Positions 27,335 through 37,335 of a stretch of 64,000 bases of DNA are shown piece by piece (the first letter of the stretch is position 1; each line of letters opens with the position of its first letter). The stretch spans positions 86,244,001 to 86,308,000 of the forward strand of contig NC_045696.1 of assembly GCF_009834535.1 (NCBI RefSeq). The letters are read 5' to 3'. Under the pieces are notes generated by a model. The model was not told where the DNA came from and searched no databases. It worked only from the letters and a program-made list of their open reading frames with translations. The DNA comes from Camelus ferus. Taxonomy: Eukaryota. A program made the position numbers and the translations under genes.

Positions 27335-27750
27335 TGCTCGTTGTGCCCAATCATCATGAAGTCACCAATATAATGAATCAATTTAATGTTCTATAGAATG
27401 TGCAGAAAGTCCAGATCTTTTTGAATTATAGTATGAGAGCGAAGAGAAGAGTTAACATATCCCTAAGGCAGACTGTCACTGAATATTATTGTATTTTCCA
27501 TATGCATGTGAACTATTTTTGGTCAGCTCTTCTATCAGTATAGAAATGAATAATTTACTAAATCAGTGATCACACACCGTATACTTGAATCCTTGTTGAA
27601 CCATCTAGTAACAGTACAATCCATGACAGTTTTGATCAGGGCTACAACTTTGATGAATTAGCAGTCTCTAGTCATTCTCTAGGATCCATTCAGTTTTTGC
27701 TTGTGTCAGACCAGTGAAGCAGAAATATGATAGGCAATACCACATTTACA
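27335..27750 (-). mobile_element. Degraded ERVL-class pol (reverse transcriptase) fragment
   Basis: Minus-strand translation gives LNGS*RMT (cf. DGSWRMT; 27671-27693), LP*GYVNS (cf. LPQGYxNSP; ~27448-27471) and KLIHYIGDFMMIG (cf. LVHYIDDIMLIG; YIGD at 27361-27372) in the right order and spacing. Confidence 0.8.
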
Positions 27751-28494
27751 AACTTTAGATCTTTAAGGGTGGGACAAACTGCTCCCTTTCTCACACTCTG
27801 AGATAAACCTCCTTAAAAAACAACTGAGCAGCAAAGATTAAAAAAAAAAAGAAAATTTTGATGAGATTCTTAGTACTGTTTAAATTAGTGAAATGTGTAA
27901 AATATATATTGTTTTATAATAAAATTTTAGAAGTCCTGGTGAAATAATCATATCTCATTTATTTGCATATAAATAATATTTGTCGAGACTTTAAAATTAT
28001 TTTCACCTAGTAGGCCTTTAATACATTTTTATATCCTTTGTTGATGTATTTGGTAAACTGTTCCTAAAAAGTTAAGACTCAAACTTAACCTAAGGTTATA
28101 TTATGAAATACACCAAGACAATCTTCTGCCAGAAATAATTCAGTTTCTTCTTTCATTTTCATTAACGAGTACAAGATTCTGTCACAAAAACATGCCAGGA
28201 AGATATAGCACTCCCTTGTGATTTTTTTCTTCCAATAAGTATAACAGAGTCCCTAATATCTGGAGGTCTAACCAGTTAGTCACCTATTTGTAATCACTCA
28301 GCTGAGAGCTCTGAGCTCAAATGTAAAAAGTTGGTTTTAAAAATGCTAAGTTTTGTGAAGCTTTTTCTACAGTTTTTATAGTTCTTACACGTAAGAAAAC
28401 TGTAACACCCATGATCTCTACAGTTAAAGCTTATTTTCCAACAAGATAATATAAAATGTATCAAGCAAATACCTTTTATTTTCTATCCATAACC

Positions 28495-28692
28495 TCAGAA
28501 CTAGATAAACTTGACATTCAAATCTAGAATAACTCATTCCATTTCTGTGGCCTTAGGTATAATTAGCATTTCTCGTATAACTGGTCATCCACAGAGTTAG
28601 ACTAATTGCACCATCTTTCATGGCTCTTGTATGAATGGGATAATAAATGCAAAGCCTCCTCATTGTAGGTGCTGAAATGATAGGTGTTATTT
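28495..28692 (+). mobile_element. Degraded MIR
   Basis: aacttgacattcaaatctag...ctgtggccttaggtataatt...gggataataaatgcaaagc...gtaggtgctgaaatgataggtgttatt. Confidence 0.5.
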
Positions 28693-31449
28693 TGCTTTTG
28701 ATTTGAGTACTTGCTTTTGTCTATATCATTAAAATACTTCATTGTATGAGTAATTATATGGAAGAATGGCCCAAGAAATCATGAATTTGTGTTTCAAAAT
28801 GTTAAAGGATATCAGTGTTTGAAATGTAAACATTTAAAATTATATTAGTTTAAACGTATCTTGTTACAAAAGATGTTATTTTCTGATTCTATATTTTACC
28901 TAAGAAAGCCCAGAATGAAGAACTGAAAAGACTGAGGACAGTCAAGTTATATTTAGCTCTCCTAGCTGATTTCAAATGCACACTGATTGCAGAGACAACA
29001 AAAATATCTCCTGCAATTAAATGGGTTGCCTAACTTGATAAGTACCTGTATACATTTAGCTGAATTCAAGGTTCTGGAATAGATTATAGAAACTTAACTA
29101 TAAAGGAGCGGCTAAAAATTGTGTATTTGCAATCAACATCTCTTCTAAATGATGAAGAGGAAAGAAAATATATCATTTACATTGTTCTAAATTTCTTTTT
29201 TTTCCCAGTATGCTTTGCATATTTTATATATGTTACAAGTCCATAGCCCTGTGAAACTGAAATCACATTTTCTATCATTGTTTTGAAAAAATAAAGAACC
29301 CATTTTCCAAAATAATCTTTGTGATTAATGTTTCAGTGTGTAAGAGTCACTGAATCAAATGTGTCTTAATTTTGTAGTTATCAAATATATATATATATAT
29401 GTTATCATATATATATGTGAAAGATAGAGATTAAAGCTAACAGACTAGTTAGGCACTTCTCTGCAGTATGTAACTTCCTGAAAAAAAGTGTATGCAAATC
29501 ATAATACACATTGGTTGGTTGTATTCTTTCATGAAGAAAATGAATTTGGGAACTGAATGGTACTTTTAAAGTATAGCAAGGAAAGGACATGGCACAGAAG
29601 TATCTCTCCCAAAGTAACTTTAAATACAAATATATCTAGTGAATTTAGGCTTATTACTACATTTCTGAATCTACAGTATTGTTTATCTGATAATGATCTT
29701 TGGTTTCTGGTTTCTTCCTGGACTTTTAATTTTAAATTACCTTCTTTGTCTACCTGTATGTCTCTCTCCATGAACTATAGTCTGTTTATGGGTGCTCAGT
29801 ATTGAATCTATTTATCTTTCTCTTTCATATTTGTTCAGTTTCTCTGCCAGGAATAAGCCCACATCTTCAAGGACAAATAATGGAAGACATGAAGTGTTTT
29901 TGTCTCTCTTTTGGCACAGCATCTTTCCTACTTCACCAAGAATTGGACTCTTCAAATTGGAATTCAAAATATGAAAGAAAATATGTCCCTGAAGTTTAAA
30001 GTCACAACATTCCTAAGTGTTAGGAAATTTTTACACATTTCTATCTTTAATAGCAGAGTTTGATGAGAAGTCCAAGGTAGATCCATGGTGCCATTTTCAG
30101 TTAGTAGCCTAAATGGCACATACACAACCTCAGTAACTCAAACATGAGGATTGGTCAAATTCATACTTTGACCATTCAGCTGGAAAGATGTGTGGCCATG
30201 TGTATGTATGACCTTGAGGAAATATAAATACTGTTTTTAAATAGAGATGCCTTTGGAAGTAATTTTATGACACAGAGAAGTGATGCAAAAGTTGATGGAC
30301 AGATAGACTGATTATTACACAGAAGACTGGTAGATAGATAGACAAAAGACAGATAAAAAAGGAAGAAAGAAAACAAAGAAGGCAAAATGGGGGAGTGGGG
30401 AGAAACTAAAGGAGGAGGCTTGGTTGTGGAAGTGAGTTTCAAAGAGTTTCTATCAGTCTGACATCCTTTCCATTTGACCCTTACTGAAATCAATTAATTG
30501 TAATGGTTTTTCTCCTCCAGTCATGCCGATTGTGGTAACTAGCTTTGGCTTTCAATTCCTTCTGAGTTTCTGTTGTTGGCTTTGCTATTCTTCCCCCAAA
30601 TTTATTCCCTAGGCCTAGAATTGAACATACCACTATTTCCTGTAGCCCCAAGATTCCACTTTCATCTTTACTCATTTCCAAATATGATTATTGAAGCCAA
30701 TAACAATTTTTCTAGAATTTTAAAATATTGACTGTGTTTAACGAGGAAGTAGTAGAATAGTGATACACCAGACTTTTTTATTAACATACATAGAATGTGA
30801 GGAGCTAATTAAGATGCTGATGTATTCTACTCTAATATCAAGCTCATTTCACCTTTAGTTTCAATTTAATTGTTATTTTCTGAGATTTAGATCATGGAGC
30901 AATGGTACAAAATAGATAAATAAAATAAATAATAAAATCATGCATAGGTCAAGATTTATACTATGAAAGGATGACATTTTAATTTAGTAAAAATAAAAAC
31001 TATTCTATAAGATGCCATGCTTTTTCAATTGGTTTTTAATGAAACAAAATTTATTAGTAGAGGAGTTGGTATTGAAACTGAGGCAAGTCTGATTCTGAAC
31101 AAACTTTTTCAATTTGAAAATTCTGCCTCCTTAAATAAAAATTTCAATGACTGTTTTTGCTTTTTATTCTTATGACAATTTTGAGGGAAATCTATTAAAT
31201 TTCAAGAATTAAAACAACCCACATGCAGTCGGTATTAATGTGTATTTTTTTCAGTTCCTTGTCTTTACATATCCAGCTTTTTTTTTTTATGAAAATGAAA
31301 TTGTAGCCCACAGATACATAATTGTTTTTATATTTTTAACTCATTCCACTTTGAATGCTTTTTCCTTAAAGGAACAATTCTTAAGAGTTCTTACTTATAT
31401 AATTTCTCATCAAAATTTAATATATCACTCTCTTTAAGTATGAGCTATT

Positions 31450-32265
31450 ATGAAACAAGTCTGTCTTGATTTTCCGTCTATCATCTTAAATGTTTATTTT
31501 CATTCACTGTTGCATTCTCCTTCTCTATTCACATAAGTATTGTAGATCTTCAGGGTTTCGCGTTTATTTCTCTGTTCTTCTCACTCTAGAATGTTTCCTT
31601 GCGGGACTTCATCAAGCATTGTGTCATAATTACCTCTTACATATTAAATAAATGCTTAAACTGCTAACTGAGTAGCTCCACATAGATCTTATGTATATTT
31701 GTCCAAAACTGAACTCAGGTTTTCTAAAAAGCAATTATCACCATTCCCTTAAATTTTCTTATTGCCTTCAGGATGAAGTTTAAATTCTTCAGTATATTCT
31801 ATGAAGTCCTTCAGTATCTTTTTCCTACCTGCTTTCCCAATTTCCATTCTTGCCATCTCCATTCTTCTTCTTTGTTCCAGTTGTATTATTCTGTTTCAGC
31901 TGCTTTGTATTTTATACCTCTGTGTCTTTGAACCTCTGGTTTTTCTCCCCTTGAAATGCTCTCCTCTCACCAACTTTTTACCTATTTAGCCCATTACTAC
32001 TCTTAACAAGTACTTAAGTCAGATTTCTCTGATCAGTAAAGCCTGAACTGATATGATCATATCCCAAGACTTAGTTAAATGTTGATCTTTCCTGCTCAAA
32101 TGATAGGCTGCCCTTACATTTATCTTAGGGATTATAATACTTTGCTAATGTTATGTATTTATCATATATTATCTAATGTGATATCATCATCATCTAAAAT
32201 TGTACTTGGCAGAGAGTATAAATACATAATCTTTTTGTGACTGAATAAAGAGGTCAATAAATATT
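31450..32265 (+). mobile_element. L2 LINE fragments
   Basis: gtccaaaactgaactc; attgccttcaggatgaagtttaaattcttcagt; cctctgtgtctttgaacctctggtttttctccccttgaaatgctct. Confidence 0.65.
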
Positions 32266-34000
32266 GTCTTATTTTCACTAATCAGAAATGTCTTAATCAA
32301 AAATTAGTATAATTTGTAAACTACTGGCAGAAATAAATTTGAATAATGACCACTTTTATTTTTAACTTATGGTGTCAGATGCTCTCCAAAATTTTGTTGG
32401 GTTGTAGCTCTTAACCCATTAGATCTGACTCCTTTTAGGCAAATTCATGTGCATAATTTGCACCAAAATTATTTTGAGAAGTTCACTGGGAAATCTTCTC
32501 AGTCAAAATTAGACATTTCATGAGATCATTATTCAGATTTTTTAGTTGTCACAGTGCTAACTATTACTCTTTGCTCCACCATGCTTTAGGGAATAGAAAA
32601 TGAGTAACTTAATTACACGTCTTTGTATGCTAAGGCAGTCTCAGAAATGCTTCCTAAGAAAAATCTTGACTTTGCTTACAATAATACTTATGTTTTATTT
32701 ACTGTTAGTTCCAGTTATTTGGTGGAAACATTGAGAGACTTTAAAGCAGATAGCCTAGTGTGGATTCTATAAATTAGTGCTTAGCTAAAGATATACTCTT
32801 CTACTTCTAGTCTGTGGTGGAGAAACATTCTTGGGACAGGCTCTAACAAAAGAAATTAATCAAAGTCGTCACATAAAGAGGATCAATATCAGGAAGAAGA
32901 TGGTAAACAACTGTGTTCCTATTCCACTGAGTGCTATAGAAGATTAATTTGTAGCACAAAGAATTTGAGGTCACCATAAGGAAGCAATTGTTTATCAATC
33001 TGTATAATAATTATCCCAAGGAAGATTATACTATAGATATTAGTATTAGTATTTTTAAAAATGGAGTTAACAATAGGATTTCAGCTTAGTTTCCAAAGCA
33101 AATAAATAGATAATCACTTTAATTTTTTGTATGAATGATTCAGCATTCACAGAATTCTAAATTTAGGCTTGCAATTAAATATTGCATATGGAATGGCATA
33201 AAGTTTTTACGTCAAACTGTTCTCTTTTCTTGTCATGATGAATTACCTATTAAATGAATAATTCAATTGTATTTCAAATCCATTCAGCATAAATCTTCTT
33301 TTGTTATGTTTGCTTAGAAGAGCGTTGTGTTGAGCAGTGTCTACTTATCTTGAGTATAAGAAACCTGAGCTCTGGCAATATTTTTGTCACTGTACCTTTA
33401 ATTTATTATTATTAATTTTCTATATGAGTAATTTTATGTGGTAAAACTATTCGGTAGTTTATAAGTTACATAAAAATGCCTGGAAGCTTCAAGATTTCTA
33501 ATTATCTTATAAGTTGCTCATCATGCTCATTATTAATCCCTGATCTATTATTCATAAGAGCATATCTTGTGAAGTCCAAGGAAGCCTTGGTATAGCCCCT
33601 GGCTTTTTTGCTTTTTAACTCCTAATACTAGGTTTCATGTATAAGAAGTTTTTCTTGCATGTGCAGAACAAACTAGCATTTTCAGTACACACAGTTCTCC
33701 TAGTCTCTGCATAAATGCTTACAGTCTCTGCATAACTGCTAAATCCCAAGTCCTTTGCAGTTAACAAGTGTAACTTTTTTATTGTTGTTCATCCAGAGTA
33801 CCTGAATGAAAAAGTGAGTTTCAAGTATTTTACTGAAGAGATAAGGAATTTTCATCCATGTCAGTACTTTGGATAACTTATACAAGTCATCAAAGCGAGT
33901 GAGAAATTTCTCATGTAATTATGGAAAATCTTGCCTTTTAAATAGGCTGTTGCCTAAAAATAAATACAAATTACTGTCTGACATGTTCTCTCAATCACAG

Positions 34001-34080
34001 GTATCCTTGTTGCCCTACACTGTTGATTGCTACAGATGAGAAATGTTCATTGTTTAGATGCCAGAGAATCAATGTTAAAA
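34001..34080 (+). other. Candidate 80-nt internal exon
   Basis: Branch-like CTGAC (33978-33982), pyrimidine tract and CAG|G acceptor at 34000; weaker donor AA|GTTTGT at 34081; not repeat-like. Confidence 0.35.
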
Positions 34081-34589
34081 GTTTGTCTTTTTTAAAATGG
34101 AAATTCTACTTATGCAAATTGAAGAAAAGAAAAAAATACCAGTTTTGAAACAAACTGAGTTAATTTATGAATATATATACTTTAATGATATTTTGTGGAG
34201 AATGTCAGTTCAAAATTGGTTAGTTCGTAAGAAAAATGTACTAGTTAAATGTATTTTCAAACTATTTACATTTTTTTAAACTTTTTTTATTGAGTTATAG
34301 TCAGTTTACAATGTTATGTCAAATTCCAGTGTAGAGCACAATTTTTCAGTTATACATGAACATACATATATTCATTGTCACATTTTTTTTTTTTGCTGTG
34401 AGCTACCACAAGATCTTGTATATATTTCCCTGTGCTATACAGTATAATCTTGTGTATCTGTTCTACATTTTAAAATCTCAGTCTGTCCCTTCCCACCCCC
34501 CACTCCCTTGGCAACCACAAGTTTGTATTCTATGTCTATGAGTCTGTTTCTGTTTCATATTTTTGTATTTATTTATTTATTTATTTGTT

Positions 34590-34958
34590 TTAGATTCCAC
34601 ATATGAGTGATCTCATATGGTATTTTTCTTCCTCTTTCTGGCTTACTTCACTTAGAATGACATTCTCCAGGAACATCCACGTTGCTGCAAGTGGTGTTAT
34701 GTTGTCATTTTTTGTGGCTGAATAGTATTCCATTGTATAAATCTACCACATCTTCTTTTTCCAGTCATCTGTTGATGGACATTTAGGCTGTTTCCATGTC
34801 TTGGCTATTGTAAATAGTGCTGCTATGAACATTGGGGTGCAGGTGTCATTTTGAAGTAGGGTTCCTTCTGGATATATGCCCAGGAGTAGGATTCCTGGGT
34901 CATATGGTAAGTCTATTCCTAGTCTTTTGAGGAATCTCCATACTGTTTCCCACAGTGG
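34590..34958 (-). pseudogene. L1 ORF2 C-terminal remnant (123 codons including the terminal stop, one internal stop)
   Basis: PLWETVWRFLKRLGIDLPYDPGILLLGIYPEG...KTWKQPKCPSTDDW...MW*IYTMEYYSA...SLICGI*. Confidence 0.9.
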
Positions 34959-35101
34959 CTTTCCTTGCTTCCCTCTCCTACTCTTACTGATTTAGATGTC
35001 TTCTTTTACAATTTTGTGTTTATTCTATTTGTAATTCATGGTAGTTATCACCTTTCCAGTTAAGAGTTTCTCATTTTTGTAGCATCCTGCTTCTTTTCTA
35101 T

Positions 35102-36001
35102 TCATAGTAGACCTGTCAATATTTCTTTTAGCATGTGTTTAGTGTTGCTAAATTCTTGTAGTTTTTGCTTGTCTGTGAAGTTCTTTATCTCTCCTTCTAT
35201 TCTAAAGGATAGCCTTGCTGGATAGAGTATCCTAGGCTGCATCTTTTTTTCATTCGGGACTTTGAATATATCTTGCCACTCCCTTCTGGCCTGTAGTGTT
35301 TGTGTAGAGAAATCAGCTGAAAGCCTTATGGGGGTTCCCTTGTAACTCACTCTTTGTTTTTCTCTTACTGCCTTTAGGATCATTTCTTTATCCTTGACTC
35401 TGATCATCTTGATTATGGTATGTCTTGGTGTGGTTCTGTTTTGGTTCTTCCTGTTTGGGACCCTCTGAGCCTCCTGTACTTGGATATCTGATTCCTTCTT
35501 TAGGTTTGGGAAGTTTTCAGTCATGATTTCTTCAAATACCTTTTCAATCCCCTTTGTTCTTTCTTCCCCTTCTGGAACCCCTATTATGTGTAGATTGGCA
35601 TGCTTTATATTATCCCATAGGTCCCTTATATTGTTTTCATTGTTTTTTGTTTATTTTTCTCTCAGCTGTTCTGATTGGGTGCTTTCTGTTGTCCTGTCTT
35701 CTAGGTCACTTGTTCGTTCCTCTGCATTATCTAGCCTGCTTTGTACAGCCTTTAGGTCAGCTCTCCTCTCAGCAAATGAGTTTACCAGTTCTACTTGATT
35801 CTTTATAGCTTCTATTTCATTTTTGACATATTTTATATCTCTAAACACTATTTCTTTTAGTTCCTTCAGTACTTTGATCACTCCTTTTTTGAAATCTTGA
35901 TCTAGTAGGCCATCAATGTCTATTTCCTTGATCGTGCTTTCAGGGGATTTCTCTTGATCTTTTAGCTGGGAGTGGTTCCTCTGCTTCTTCATATTGCTCA
36001 T
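35102..36001 (-). pseudogene. L1 ORF1p (300 codons, single in-frame premature TAA at 35651-35653)
   Basis: ORFs 35651..36001 and 35102..35524 are in the same frame; the gap translates TKNNENNIRDLWDNIKHANLHIIGVPEGEERTKGIEKVFEEI; ORF1 motifs ENFPNL, QARREWQDIF, YPARLSF. Confidence 0.95.
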
Positions 36002-37335
36002 ACCAGCACTGTGGCTTAAGGAGTATCAGATATTTAGTTCTCCTGGAGACTGTGTGCTTTAAATGATTTTATTGAGAGGTCTTTGTGTCTTCGCCCTGTT
36101 TCGCGAACTCAGCTTGCTGTTTCCAGAGGCCCTCCATTGGCTCCCTCGTCTGTGCTGCTCCCAGTGGCTGTCAGCTAGCAGGTCATGCACCCTCCCAACA
36201 CTGGGTCAGGTGCTGAGCTCTTACCAGGTGGGCGGGCGGGTCACTCCCCTTGCCGATGCCGCAGTCAGACCTGCACTTATGCAAGGCAGGTGGGCAGATT
36301 GTGCCCTCTCCCAGCACCGTGGTCAGGTGCTGCATTCCTGCTGGAAAGTGGGTGGCCGCCCACCCTCTCCAGGCACCAGTCACTCCGCTGCTCTGTGCAG
36401 CTGCCCACTCCACCTCGGGCCAGAGCTCCATAGGCGGGCTCCGGGAAGACCATGGAACAGCCCCGCCCCTGCTCCGTGCCAAATCTCAGCTCCTTGTTTG
36501 CCTTGGTGGTGTGAGTTCTCTGAGGTGCCAGGGCAGAAAGGTCCTATCTGCCTTGGGCTGTAAACAAGTCTCAGTCCTGCCTAGGAGGTTGCAGAGCCCC
36601 AGGTGCAGATTCAGGTCTTGGCCCCACCCCAGCCCAGGTGCTGTGCACAGGAGGAGATGGCAGCTGTGGCTGCGCCCCACCTCTCTTCTCCCAAGAAGCG
36701 CCAGTAATGGTGGCGCAGGTTTGAGGAGACAAAGGCTATGGTACCCCTCCTCCCAGGACACACCAGTGGTGGTGTTCTGCTTTTTTCACAATTTATGGGG
36801 GACCAAGGTTGTTCTACTCCGTATCCCCTCCCAGCCATGGCATGCAGCCCCACGCAGTCCCCCGGGGCTGCCTCAGTGCAGCTGCCCCAGACTTCTGCCT
36901 GGCTTGGGCGGCCTGTCCCGGCCCCAGCTGCTGGCTCACGTCTTAGACTGGGTGTTGCAGGGATTGCTCATGCCCGTTTAACTTAGTACTGTCAGTCAAG
37001 GGGTGCTCGGGGCAGATCTGAGCCTCGAAGGCTCCCCCTCCATCCCGTTGGGCTCTCCATTGGAGGGCGGAGACCCAGGGAATGAGCATTATTCCTCCTT
37101 TGCTGCTCCCTCCCCATGGGACCGATCTTAAACTGTTTTTCTTTTTCTTCTTTCTTTTTCCCTTTTCTCCTACCAGATTTTTGGCGTCTTTGTCTTTCGA
37201 AGAGGGCGATGTTCTGTCGGAGTTCGGTAGGTGCTCTGGTTGGCTGAGTGGGTCTGTAGATGTGAGTTTTGGTGTATTTGTGGGAGAGGGTGAGCTACGA
37301 GCGTCCTTCTACTCCACCATCTTGCTTCTCTTTCC
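36002..37335 (-). promoter_or_regulatory. L1 5'UTR / internal promoter (GC- and CpG-rich)
   Basis: Only extended GC-rich block in the window, many retained CpGs, lies directly upstream of the ORF1 ATG. Confidence 0.85.

Larger units (their letters stand above)
34274..37335 (-). mobile_element. Young L1 with complete 5' end, ORF1, and internal loss of nearly all ORF2 (3.06 kb)
   Basis: 17-bp TSD tcaaactatttacattt (34257-34273) / tcaaactatatacattt (37336-37352); 5' start ggaaagagaagcaagatggtgg (YY1-like AAGATGG); CpG-rich 5'UTR; ORF1; ORF2 C-terminus; 3'UTR and A-tail. Confidence 0.95.

Noticed and set aside
28903..29033. Open frame KAQNEELKRLRTVKLYLALLADFK...
   Set aside because: Weak AAG acceptor, no good donor, no recognised homology.
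29850..29999. Possible + strand exon after tttctctgccag (GISPHLQGQIMEDMK...)
   Set aside because: Good acceptor but no credible donor and no recognisable homology.
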